64,000 nt of DNA, taken from contig NC_043007.1 in the NCBI RefSeq assembly GCF_006345805.1, forward strand, positions 12,400,001 through 12,464,000, written 5' to 3'. Positions within the stretch are counted from its first letter, which is position 1. Each line of letters begins with the position of its first letter. A program made the translations under genes and the position numbers. Below are positions 37,336-49,935 of the stretch, piece after piece. Origin of the DNA: Octopus sinensis (lineage: Eukaryota). The notes below the pieces were generated by a model. It searched no databases and had not been told where the DNA came from. It saw only the letters and a program-made list of their open reading frames with translations.

Positions 37336-39004
37336 AATAAATATTTATATATTAGCACATTCATGGCCATGTGGTTAAGGAGCCTGCTTTGCAAACAAGT
37401 GGTTTGGGGTTCCATCTCACTGTGCAGCCGTACCAAGTGTCTTCTATTATAGCCTCAGACCAAGCAATGCTTTGTGAGAGAATTTAGAAGATGGGAACAG
37501 TGGAAGCCCTTTATACATATATAGATACATGTATGTGTGGGTGGGTGTCTTTACGTTTGTCCTCTCTCCATCGTTTGACAACCAGCTGGTTTGTTTACAT
37601 TCCTGTAACTTAGTGGCTTGACAAAAGAGAACAATAGAATAAGTAGTTAGTCCACATCACTCCGTAAGGAGCATAGAGCTGGTTACCTAGTTTCTCTGGC
37701 GTATATATTCCTTCTTGGACAGGACATCAGTCTGTCACGAGATTACACATTTTTACCAGCTGATTGAGCTGCATTTGAAGATGTATGAAATAAGATATCC
37801 CTCATTTGAGAAACAGGTAAGGGTTAGTGACAGGAAAAGCAACCAGCTGTAAAACAACGCCTCAATAATATATATTTGTCTGACCCGTGCTAGCACGGAA
37901 AAAAAAAACAGATATTAAAAAAAAGTGGGGCAGTGCTTTCAACCTATAAGAGTTCCGTGGTCCCACAAATACTGCTTCAGAATATTTTGAAATAATACTA
38001 TAGGGTGTACTACACTACACTGACCCCTAATTCACAAAACAAAGCATTAGTCAAGTTGTAATGCTACTCTGAATGAGTAAGCTGAGACACATTCATTATT
38101 GAATTCTCTCTCTCTCTCTTTCTCTCTCTCTCCCTGTCTCTCCCTCTCCCTGTCTCTCTCTCTCTCTCTCCCTGTCTCTCTCCCCCCTCTCTCTTTTTCT
38201 CCCCTCTCTCTCCTTCTCTCTCTCCCTCCCTCCCTCTCTCTCTCTCTCCCCTCACTTGTCCTGTAGTCAGTCAGTTTTCACATGTGTATCCAATAAGCAG
38301 ATGCATATCATGACTTCCAAGAGAGGACAAACTGAGTTCAATAATTAATGCTCGTTTAAAAATTATACCCTTTATTTATGCAATCCTCTTCAGCAAGAAC
38401 TTCACGCCTGTGTAGTGACTCCATTTCACAGCTGACACATTTTGTTTCATTGTTTTCTCACCTGTGTTATTTTAGCCAATAGGAAATTTCAGCCAAGCAG
38501 AAACTAGTCTTTGACCCACTTTCCCCCCCCCCACCCCACCCATTCAGAAAAACTACATTACTGGCTTTTGGTTGAATTTACTCATCGCAAGATGAATCTA
38601 GCAACTGACCTCTCCCACTCATTTTTCATACAAAGGCCAAAACAGAATAAACTGCTTCAAATCATGGTCTGTCTTTGCCAGTGTCTAAGACATATCCTCA
38701 TATAAGGCAAACCCTTGTGGAATCAAACAAATCTAATATGTTTCATCATACCCTCATATATTCAAAACTCCTGTCCACAATGCAGTCACATAAGATGCAT
38801 GGTTAATATTTTTGGTATGTTTAAGAGTAAAAAAGAATGCCCTATACACCAGCAAACAGGATAAGTGTTAAAGCTGAATAAGGAATCTTTGGGCAATGTT
38901 GTGAACGTCATTTTCATCTACTTCGGTGCCTTGGCCCTCAAGCACATGTATCACCCTAAAATGAACAGTAATTCAAAGACATTCAAATGAAGTTCTATCT
39001 ATCT

Positions 39005-39590
39005 TATTTCTTTATTGCCCACAAGGGGCTAAACACAGAGGGGACAAACAAGGACAGACAAAGGGATTAAGTCGATTACATCGAGCCCAGTGCTTAACTG
39101 GTACTTAATTTATCGACCCCGAAAGGATGAAAGGCAAAGTCAACCTCGGCGGAATTTGAACTCAGAACGTAACGGCAGATGAAATACCTATTTCGTTATT
39201 ACCCACAAGGAGCTAAACATAGAGGGGACAAACAAGGACAGACATAAGTATTAAGTCGATTACATCAACCCCAGAGCTTAACTGGTACTTAATTTATTGA
39301 CCCCGAAAGGATGAAAGGCAAAGTCAACCTTGGCGGAATTTGAACTCAGAACGTAGCGGCAGATGAAATACCTATTTCTTTATTACCCACAAGGAGCTAA
39401 ACATAGAGGGGACAAACAAGGACAGACAAACGGATCAAGTCGATTACATCAACCCCAGAGCTTAACTGGTACTTAATTTATTGACCCCGAAAGGATGAAA
39501 GGCAAAGTCGACCTCAGCAGAATTTGAACCCAGAACGTAGCAGCAGACAAAATACCGCCAAGCATTTCGCCCGGCATGCTAACGATTCTT
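39005..39590 (-). mobile_element. Family C array, three 184-bp units under one head
   Basis: Unit starts at 39005, 39189, 39373. Confidence 0.92.
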
Positions 39591-40036
39591 ATCTGAATTC
39601 TGGAGTATTTAAAATTCACATTCTTATAAGTGTGCTGCGTAATTGTTACTGCATAATTCTACAAATCTAGATCAGAAGGGGTCTTTTTTCTATAAACATA
39701 GATGATCTAAAATACTGCCACCTATTTGGTTTTTTTTTACTTCTCCCAACCTGTCAATTTTACCCTGAAATGTTGGAAATTCCTCAACCCATGACAATTT
39801 CCTTGCACTCTTTCTGTGGTTTCTATGAAATAAAAATTGTCATATATATTAGTCATCAATGTTGAATTCCCTACACACATTCTGTTAATTTCCAACATAA
39901 GTCTTAATCATATCGGTGCAAAGCAAAGATAGAAGTCTTCATACACAGAAATCCACGGCACAGAAGCAAAGAGAAAGAAAAACAAGAGATGAATGAGAAC
40001 ACAAAAGAAAGAAGTCGTGACCGAATTAGTTATTAC

Positions 40037-40333
40037 TTCCTTCTCGAGCCATGCCTGGCTCATAAGGGCCGGTTTCCCGGTTTCCTTGGCATATAGGTTC
40101 CCCACCTGGACGGGACGCTGGGCCATCGCAGGTGAGCTGCAAGATGCAGGAGGAAAGAGTGAGAGAAAGTTGTGGCGAAAGAGTCAGTAGAAGTTCGCCA
40201 TTACCTTCTGCCAGAGCCACGTGGAGCTTAAGTGTTTCGCTCATAAACACACACATCGCCCGGTCTGAGATTCGAACCCGCGATCCTTCAACTGCGAGTC
40301 CGCTGCTCTAACCACTAGACCATGTGCCTCCAC
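40037..40333 (-). mobile_element. Family E SINE inside the hAT relic
   Basis: Reverse complement of 19282-19582. Confidence 0.9.
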
Positions 40334-41707
40334 CAAAAAGCTAAATAATGAATATTTATCAGTAGAAACTGAACCATCTGTTCAAGAACTGAAAACAAAA
40401 TGATTTCATCTAAACCCCAGAATTCAAAGAAATCACACCTGGAAGTGAAAAGAATACAACTAGAACACATCAATAACATATGGGATGGATTTGGTTCTTG
40501 GAATTTAATACAAAGAAATGCAAAAAAATACTAGAAAATGTGTGTCAGAAGGACATATTTCCTTACTCAAAACACTTCTAAGTGATAATAAACAGCAATT
40601 TTTACCAGGTGGCATATTTAAATACAGGGCTCACAACAGTGTAATTTCTGAAGGAGAATGGCTTGTGTGGTATATCAAGAAAAGGGCCATGTTTTCTTTA
40701 CTATTTTGACTCTTTGGAAAAGGTGGAAGTAATGCATCAACTTAAGAACAGAGAATGGATGGATAGTCTGCCACAGAAAAATCAAGGAAATTATCAGACA
40801 TAATTTTTGAGCATAAATGTAGTAAGCAACGGAGACTGAATTACATAGCGCCGAGAGAGATTAAACAAACAATTCATTCAAAGACATGCATAGAACACTT
40901 TCTGCATCAACAAACTAAGAAATTGTAAGCAGAGGAAAACTAACTGGATAAATCTTTACTCCGTTGAATTGACATTGTTTTAATTTGGAGAGAAAAAAAG
41001 GTTGGCAATCCTTAAAAAGTCTCAGCTGATTGGTTATGTTCCCAATGGTAAATTCCTTGGGGTTGGTTGAACTTTAGTCTCAATGGGATCCCATAATTGG
41101 GACCCTTTTTAGGAATGTCAGAGAAAAGAAGTGAGAAAAGAGGTAGGCTGCAACTACTTTATTTATCAGCTGAATCGCAAAATTCACTTATTTCTCTTTG
41201 TGCTGATCTCGCTTTGAAGCATCTATTCTCTGAAACACAGTTCAAAGGTAAAATATCATTTAGCTGAAGCAACACCTGACTCCACATATGCTAGGCAGAC
41301 AATATTTATCATGCATTATCTCCGAAATATAGATTATGGGTTCAAGATTCAAAAGATTTCTAACTTGTGAAAACTATTGTAATAAAGCAGATTTTGAGAT
41401 TGCAAACCTGATAAAGGAAACATTGAGTAAAAATAGCATTCTCTTGGAAGATGGCAAGGCTGGTTCAAAGATGTGACAATGGTGCCAATATAGCAGCCAA
41501 TAACAAGAGGATAAAAAGGATAATAATGAAATTCCTCTAGCTATTTTCTCACTATGTGGATGCTATACATTGAATTATGTAGCGCAAATTCAGTAGAATG
41601 CTGTACAAAAGTGTCCGTATATTTTCCTATAGTCCAAACAGACAGCAAATTCTACAGCCGCTCAGCCATTGCATCATAGGTCAACGACCTGATGAGCAGC
41701 AGGAATG

Positions 41708-42092
41708 GTGGCGGTGCAATGGCCCAGTGGTTAGGGCAGCGGACTCGCGATCGGAGGATCACGGTTTCGATTCCCAGACCGGGCGTTGTGTGTGTTTATT
41801 GGGTGAAAACACCTAAAGCTCCACGAGGCTCCGGCAGGGGTGGGTGGTGAAACCTGTTGTACTCTTTCGCCCCAACTTTCTCTTACTCTTTCTTCCTGTT
41901 TCTTGTCCCCGATTTCCTACGCAACCGCTGAGCCTGGATGCGCATTCATTCATCCGTTGATGCTCTCGGTGTCGGGTGGGTTGACCTGCTTTCTCTTCTG
42001 CGGGGTCTTACGAATAGCAAAGGACCACGTTTCGGACTTCTCCCACTAATGGGATGAAAACCGCTTCGCTCAACAAACAAACAAACAAACAA
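41708..42092 (+). mobile_element. Family D-variant SINE (D head, different 3' half, (ACAA)n tail)
   Basis: 13-bp TSD agcagca(g/a)gaatg at 41695 and 42093. Confidence 0.88.
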
Positions 42093-42335
42093 AGCAGCAA
42101 GAATGACAGTGTAAAATCTTTTACATCAAATTGTCCCAGGAGGACATTTTGAAATTTAATCTGCTACTGGAGACTAGAAGTGAAGCAACAAGAGCTATTA
42201 AGTAAACATTCTCTGTCAGATACGCACTCGTGTCATCCGTCTGTTTCGACATTGTTGCTCCCATTAATATCTGCAACATGGCTTTTTTACATGTAAGAAA
42301 TGTCACTGTTGATACAGAAGCAGGCAACATTGAAA

Positions 42336-42845
42336 TCATCATCATCATCATTTAACGTCCGTTTTTCATGCTAGCACGGGTTGAACAGTTCGACCAGGGT
42401 CTGGGAAGCCAGGAGGCTGCACCAGGCTCCAGTCTGATCTGGCAGTGCTTCTACAGCTGGATGCCCTTCCTGATGCCAACCACTCCATGAGTGTAGTGGG
42501 TGCTTTTTACGTGCCACCAGCACAGGAGCCAGGGGAAGCTGGCAACGGCCATGATCAGTTGGTGCTTTTTACGTGCCACTGGCACGGAAGCCAGGCATAT
42601 ATATATATATATATAATCCTCATCATCATTCAACATCCATTTTCCATGCTAGCATGGGTTGGATGGTTCGACCGGGGTCTGGGAAGCCTGGAGGCTGCAC
42701 CAGGCTCCAGTCTGATCTGGCAGTGTTTCTACAGCTGGATGCCCTTCCTAAAGCCAACCACTCCGTGAGTGTAGTGGTGCTTTTTACGTGCCACCGGCAC
42801 AGGTACCAGGGGAGGCTGGCAGCGGCCACGATCGGTTGGTGCTTT
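42336..42845 (-). mobile_element. Two tandem family A copies
   Basis: 42336-42597 and 42620-42845. Confidence 0.88.
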
Positions 42846-43371
42846 TTTTCAAAGAAAATCTGCAGAAACTGCAAGATCAATTTCACACTCTGCTGACAGG
42901 ATCAAAATATGTCACGAGAAGTCTGCGAGTAGAAATTTACTCAAAACTGAATGATAGAAAATGAAAGAAACTTTTGATGAGAACCAGACAGACAAATGAT
43001 GTAAACTAGACAAAGAATCCTGGCACACATGTAGAATCATTATCTCAGACTTCTGTTTTTGCTTTTTTTTTTTTTTTGTGTGTCACTGTTGATTCTGTTA
43101 TTTGAAACTTCAAAGAAAATTTCCGATTCTGCTTCATTCTTCTGGCAGTACTTTTCTGTATTGAAAAATCTTTTGACCACAAAGTGCATGACATTTGTAG
43201 AAATTTGCAACGCTGATGTAAATAGCAAAGAACTTTCAAATGAATTAATCAACCTGAAAACTGTGACACACCATGGCAACTTTAGAAAAAACTACAACTT
43301 AAACCCATGGAATTTAATCAACAAAATATGCAACTACAAGCTGGGAAACATCATTCCAAACCTCTCTCTCT

Positions 43372-43650
43372 CTCTCTTTTACTTGTTTCAGTCATTTGAC
43401 TGCGGCCATGCTGGAGCACCACCTTTAGTCGAGCAACTGGACCCCGGGACTTATTCTTTTTGTAAGCCCAGTACTTATTCTATCGGTCTCTTTTTGCCGA
43501 ACCGCTAAGTTACAGGGACATAAACACACCAGCATCGGTTGTCAAGCAATGCTAGGGGAACAAACACAGACACACAAACACACACATATATATATATACA
43601 TATATACGACAGGCTTCTTTCAGTTTCCGTCTACCAAATCCACTCACAAA
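43372..43650 (-). mobile_element. Family B SINE, head missing
   Basis: Breaks off at ccactcacaa. Confidence 0.88.
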
Positions 43651-43656
43651 TCACTT

Positions 43657-43966
43657 GCGGCGCAAGTTGACCAAAATTGAGAGTATGATAGAAGAAGGCT
43701 TGCTCTTCCTTCTGTAGAAGAAAAAATTCAAATCGGACCATGTTAACACCAAAAATTATTTACATCAAAAAGGTGCTTTTTTTCTATGAAAATCCCTATT
43801 TTTTACAATTTTTTGACTGCTGTGCAGCCATTTTTTGGTGTATTTCAACCAGAAAAATGTTCATTGAAGAGAATAACAAGCTAGATAATGCAAAATTTTT
43901 ACTTTTCAAAAATTCCAATTCTAAAGGGTCAAAACAAACCCAAGCAACGCCGGGCGATACTGCTAG
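43657..43966 (+). mobile_element. Non-autonomous Helitron, 5'-truncated
   Basis: 3' hairpin ccc-aagcaacgc-cggg then gatactgCTAG|T; homologous to 57431-57828. Confidence 0.8.
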
Positions 43967-44773
43967 TTTATTTATAATATTGTTATATATTGCAAATCGG
44001 TAAACAATGGTGTTGTTAGTTATATAATTTCCCAACAGGGCCATTGTTGGTTCATTGAATTTATTGTTATGGAGAAAGTGACAGGGAAGTGTTTGTAACT
44101 TGGTGCAGAACAAACATCACAAGGAACTTCATTCAAAAAATTTATATATATTGGGCTGGGGTGGGGAAACTTTTTAGTGCGGCAGGTAAAAATTTCCAAA
44201 GAAAAAGGTTCATGGGCATATCACAAGTTCCAACTCTGTGTAAACCTTGTATATATCTATGTATAATTTGATATACATTAATAAAGATAAGTTTAACACA
44301 TTAAATTAACACATAACATCTTCATTAAAGCCACCATTGAATTTAGGACGTTTATATTACTTATGTCGTATTCTTTATTTTTCAGCCAGGGTGTAATTGG
44401 GTCTCAACGGGGTGGTACAAACCTAGCAATATGTGTTTCATAGTGAAAACAAAATTTCCATTCAAATGGCAATTATCAAATGAATTTCTGTTTGAGTCTA
44501 ACCATTTTAAGTCATAGTGGAAGCACGACCTATGTCGCAAATAGGCATATGAATATTGTATAAATTTTATAATTGAAAAATTTACTGTATTTTGTACAAA
44601 CAAATATACCAGCCTGCGGGCACAATAAAATGATATGGGGAAAGATATAGACATACCTATTTCTAACTACAATGAAAATAAACAAAGTCTGTTTAAGAAG
44701 TGTTGAGATGTATTGAAAGATACAGAAATAAATTTTTTTGTTCTCAAACATGTAATAATGCTAATAAATAGTA

Positions 44774-45155
44774 GGAGCACTCCGTCGGTTACGATGACGA
44801 GGGTCCCAGCTGATACGATCAACGGAACAGCTTGCTCGTGGAATTAACGTGCAAGTGGCTGAGCATTCCACAGACACATGTACCCTTAACGTAGTTCTCG
44901 AGGAGATTCAGCGTGACACAGAGAGTGACAAGGCCGGCCCTTTGAAATACAGGTACAACAGAAACAGGAAGAAAGAGTGAGAGAAAGTTGTGGTGAAAGA
45001 GTACAGCAGGGTTCACCACCACCCCCTGCAGGAGCCTTATGAAGCTTTAGGTGTTTTCACCCAATAAACACTCACAATGCCCGGTCTGGGAATCGAAACC
45101 GCGATCCTACGACCGCGAGTCCGCTGCCCTAACCACTGGGCCATTGCGCCTCCAC
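44774..45155 (-). mobile_element. Family D SINE with 18-bp TSD
   Basis: taatgctaataaatagta at 44756-44773 and 45156-45173. Confidence 0.93.
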
Positions 45156-45445
45156 TAATGCTAATAAATAGTATGATCAGGATAAATTATCCATACATTG
45201 CAGAAAAATATGTTACCGGACAGCCATAAGACACAAAGTCAAATCCTTGTGATTACACATCAAGTGCTTTACCTTTAAGCTAAACTGCCCAGTAACGAAT
45301 TCTTCCGCAATTTTAGAACTAATAAATTTAGCTTCATGAGGTGCAAACATTAAATTCAACTTATGATGAAAGTAAACCAAGTTTGTTTTAGAAGTGTTGA
45401 GATGTATTGAAAGATACAGAAATGAATTATTTTTTATTCTCAAAC

Positions 45446-45604
45446 GCAGGAGTGGCTGTGTGGTAAGTAGCTTGCTAACCAGCCACATGGTTCCGGGTTC
45501 AGTCCCACTGCGTGGCATCTTGGGCAAGTGTCTTCTGCTACAGCCCCGGGCCGACCAATGCCTTGTGAGTGGATTTGGTAGACGGAAACTGAAAGAAGCC
45601 TGTC

Positions 45605-45646
<42 letters not shown>

Positions 45647-45875
45647 GTGTGTGTGTGTGTTTGTGTGTCTGTGTTTGTCCCCCTAGCATTGCTTGACAAC
45701 CGATGCTGGTGTGTTTACGTCCCCGCCACTTAGCGGTTCGGCAAAAAGAGACCGATAGAATAAGCACTGGGCTTACAAAGAATAAGTCCCGGGGTCGATT
45801 TGCTCGACTAAAGGCGGTGCTCCAGCATGGCCGCAGTCAAAATTACTGAAACAAGTAAAAGAGAAAAGAGAGAGT
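45446..45875 (+). mobile_element. Family B SINE, young full-length copy
   Basis: Near-consensus with internal (TA)n(TG)n. Confidence 0.92.
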
Positions 45876-46566
45876 AAACACGTAATAATGCTAATGGCTG
45901 GCCGCTAACATATTTTTCTGCAACGTATGGATTATTTATGGATAATTTATCTCAGGTCGTATAGGGAGTGCTGGAGAATGTTCACATGCACAGGACCTGG
46001 CCAAAGAAAGACCCCCAAGGTTAGAAGTGTGTGTGTGTGTCCGTGTGTACTTGCTTGTTTGTTTGTATGTATGCATACTTGCTTGTTTGTTTGTATGTAT
46101 GCCATCATGGAAAACAGACTAAATGATGATGATGACAGTAACAATGATGATGATGGTAATGATGATGTGTGTGTGTGTGTATACACACACCTTAACAGAC
46201 ACCTACACCCAAATGCAAATTTATAATCCCACTAATTACCACATTCTATATTCATGTTTATTCTCATTAATAAACTTTATGTAAGACACAAAACTGGGAA
46301 AACTTTTAGAGCATCAGAAGAAGAGGTACCTTGCTGTATTTGTTCCAGTTCTTTGCGCCCTGAGTTCAAGTCCCTCCAGCATCAGCCTTGTTTTACATCC
46401 TTCCAGGGTCAGCAAAAATAAAGTATTCCCCCAAGTAGCGCTGTGATGGGGTGAAGAAATGATCTTAATTGATTGACCCTTCTCACGAAATTTGAGGTAT
46501 CGCACTTAGATTAGATACCATTGATAAGCCTGATTGCTAAACAAATATGCAGAGATGTAAAAATAG

Positions 46567-46805
46567 GCATAGGAGTGGCTGTGTGGTAAGAAGCTTGCTT
46601 CCCAAACACATGGTTCTGGGTTCAGTCCCACTGCGTGGCACCTTGGGCAAGTGTCTTCTACTATAGTCTCAGGCCAACGAAAGTCTTGTGAGTGGATTTG
46701 GTAGAGGGAAACTGAATGAAGCCCATCGTGTGTGTGTGTGTATATATATATATAAAAAAACGTCCAACCCATGCCGGTATGGAAAACGGACGTTAAACAA
46801 TGATG

Positions 46806-46868
<63 letters not shown>

Positions 46869-47075
46869 ATGTTTGTGTTTGTCACCCCACCATCGCTTAA
46901 CAACCGATGTTGGTGCATTTACGTGCCCCGTAACTTAGCGGTTCGGTAAATGAGACCAATAGAGAATAAGTACTAGGATTTCAAAGAATAGGTCCCGGGG
47001 GTCGATTTGTTCGACTACAGGTGGTACTCCAGCATGGCCGCAGTCAAAATGACTGAAACAAGGAAAAGAAAAAAG
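46567..47075 (+). mobile_element. Family B SINE with an A-tail fragment (46762-46812) in its internal microsatellite
   Basis: cgtccaacccatgcc...ggacgttaaacaatgatg between B head and B tail. Confidence 0.8.
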
Positions 47076-47197
47076 AAAGAATGGACACTGGAATTGGACA
47101 GAAAGCAGCATCCGATCACACTGCCATTCATTTAGCTCCATGCAGTTTCAAAAATGCAATTAAAAAATATTTAAATATTTCAAGTGTAGAGGCAATT

Positions 47198-47603
47198 CTT
47201 TTACTTGTTTCAGTCATTTGACTGTGGCCATGCTGGAGCAGCGCCTTTAGTTGAGCAAATCGACCCCAGAACTTATTCTTTGTAAACCTAGTACTTATAT
47301 TCTATCGGTTTCTTTTGCCAAACCGCTAAGTTACGGGGACGTAAACACACCAGCATCAGTTGTCAAGCGATGTTGGTGGGACAAACACAGACACACAAAC
47401 ACACACACACACACATACACATATATACATATACATATAAACAATGGCCATCTTTCAGTTTCTATCTACCAAATCCACTCACAAGGCTTTGGTCGGCCCG
47501 AGGCTATAATAGAAGACACTTGCCCAAGGTGCCACGCAGTGGGACTGAAACTGGAACCATGTGGTTGGTAAACAAGCTACTTACCACACAGCCACTCCTG
47601 CAC
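47198..47603 (-). mobile_element. Family B SINE
   Basis: Tail-to-tail with 46567-47075. Confidence 0.9.
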
Positions 47604-47639
47604 CTATACTGTTATTACCATTATTATTATTATTTTATT

Positions 47640-48232
47640 GTCTTTGCACAGCTTCTAATGCTGAGAGACGTACTAGGGTGTTGGCTGTTCACTACCAGTG
47701 AATAAAGGTAACACCTCTTATTTTTCGAGCAACATCCAGAATATTCAAGTGGTTACAGGCAGTGCTGTTTTCTGCAAGTGCTCCACCCTTATTGCAGCCC
47801 CTATTTGTTCCATCTACTTCTCAAGATTTTCATTCACTGTTCCCAGAGCTCTGACAATTGCTGGTACTACTACCACTTTTATCAGCAACCACAACTGCTT
47901 AACTTCCCAAGCTAACCTGTCATATCTCTCGACTTTCTTTCTTCCTTATTGCATACCTTGTTGTCAGCTGGTCATGCTATATCTATGATCCAGCATAGTT
48001 TGTTTCCTTTCTCAATTAACACTATGTCTGGCTTCCTATTCTCTATCACATGGTCGCACTGAATCATAAAATCCCATAGGATCTTTGCATTATCATTTTT
48101 GATGATGCCTTCGGGTTTATATTCATACCACTTTTTTGCTCTGTCCAGTCCATACTTGTTGCAAAGTGTCCAATGGACAATTCTTGCTATGTTGTCATGA
48201 TGTCTCTTATTTTCTTTCTGGGCTAGTGGCAT
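47640..48232 (-). mobile_element. RLE-type LINE 3' fragment (R4/Dong-like) including the endonuclease motif
   Basis: KILWDFMIQCDHVIENRKPDIVLIEK..CWIIDIA (PD...D restriction-like endonuclease) through RVEHLQKTAL..LEK*; in-frame stops; (TAA)n on both sides. Confidence 0.9.
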
Positions 48233-48850
48233 CATCATCATCATTATTATTATTATTATTATTATTTTATCATTATTATTATTATAACTATTATTATTAT
48301 TATAATTATTATTATTATTATTATTATTACTATTATTATTATTATTATTATTATATTATTATTATATTACTACTATTATTATTATTATTATATTACTACT
48401 ATCATTATTATATTACTACTATTATCATTATTATTATTATTATTATTATCATTATTATTATTATAACTATTATTATTATTATTATTATTATTATATTACT
48501 ACTATTATCATTATTACTATTATTATTATTATTATTATTATTATTAGATTATTATTATATTACTACTATTATTATTATTATTATATTACTACTATATCAT
48601 TATTATTATTATTATTATCATTATTATTATTATTATTTTATCATTATTATTATTATTATAACTATTATTATTATTATTATTATTATATTACTACTATTAT
48701 CATTATTATTATTATTATTATTATTATATTACTACTATTATCATTATTATTATTATATTACTACTATTATCATTATTATTATATTACTACTATTATCATT
48801 ATTATTATTATTATATTACTATTATTATTGTTGTTGTTGTTGTTGTTGTT
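48233..48850. repeat. ~600-bp degenerate (TAT)n array ending in (TGT)n
   Basis: Direct inspection; recurring sub-motif attatattactactattatcatt. Confidence 0.95.
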
Positions 48851-49836
48851 ATATCAAAGAGCATTAAAGCAGTAGACTAGGTTTTTTTTTAATTAAAAGG
48901 AGCATTATTCTGTTTCCTTTTCTTTTTCTTTTTTTTTCCCTCCCTCTCTTAAACCTAAACAAGCAATCAATAGACAAATCTTACATTTTTATCTCCAACT
49001 AATGGGCTAAGTAGTATATTTAGAAAAATATTTTAAAAAAATATAAAAGCATAAGGTTATCACCATCGTCATCATCATCAATGTCATCATCATCATCACC
49101 ATCATGTTTGCTTTTCTGTTTTGGCTTCTTCTTTCTTTCTTTTTTATTTTTTATTATTATTATTATTTTTTTTTTTTCGTTTTCCACTGATGATTTAGGT
49201 TGGTTGAGTCTGTTTGATTATCTACTTACCTGTTTAATCCATACCTGTGAGAGGATGGGGGAGGAGTAAAAGCAAATAAAATGCTGCTAATAAAGTCTTG
49301 ATATTCCTTCACCCCCACCCCACCCCCCAACTCCAACCCCCAACAGCATTTTTTTTTCTTGTTTTTTTTTTTTGTAATGTTTACTATTATTGATTTCCAT
49401 TCGTTAGATAAGGAAGAAAATGGACATTGTCCATAACCTTTCCAAGTTTTCCTAGACTGAGGCATAGGAACAGCTTAGTAAGGGTGACATACATACATTG
49501 AGATTTCTGTTTTTCTTTTAAAATCTTCTGTCATCCGACAGCAGTCACACACACACACACACACATGCATATGATGGGCTTAACACAGTTTCCATCTGTT
49601 AGATTCATTCACAAGCAACAGATCGGCTTCATCTGAAAGTAGAAGACACTTCTTCAAGGTGCCGCACGGTGGAACCGAGCTTGGAACCACATGATTGCAA
49701 AATGAACTGCTTCACTACATTGCATTACCAAAATATATCATCATTTAAGTCCATGCTGGATAAACAGTGCTTTATTTCACTAGAAAATAATACTATTGTA
49801 TTGTAATATTTAATATGATATATATATATATATATG

Positions 49837-49935
49837 TTTGTTCCTTCTCGAGACGCATCGCCCGCTCTGAGATTCGAACCCACGATCCCTTGACCGCGAG
49901 TCCGCTGCTCTAACCACTAGGCCATGTGCCTCCAC
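49837..49935 (-). mobile_element. Family E SINE with ~200-bp internal deletion
   Basis: Tail tttgttccttctcgag joined directly to head-proximal gcatcgcccg. Confidence 0.8.

Larger units (their letters stand above)
39930..43362 (+). mobile_element. Decayed hAT-superfamily transposase (ZMYM1-like type), interrupted by four retroposon insertions
   Basis: Collinear motifs across frameshifts: K-x-x-AQKQRERK N-terminus; EGEWLVWY; PNGKFLG; YLSAESQNSLISL; ATPDST..QTIFIMHY; CDNGANI; CGCYTLN; ETRSEATRAIK; FDIVAPINICN; NSKELSNEL..PWNLINKI..LGNIIPNL. Confidence 0.75.

Noticed and set aside
39005-39590. Regularly spaced repeats as a CRISPR-like array (also 3236-3322)
   Set aside because: Units are fully repeated with no unique spacers, the context is eukaryotic, and there are no cas genes
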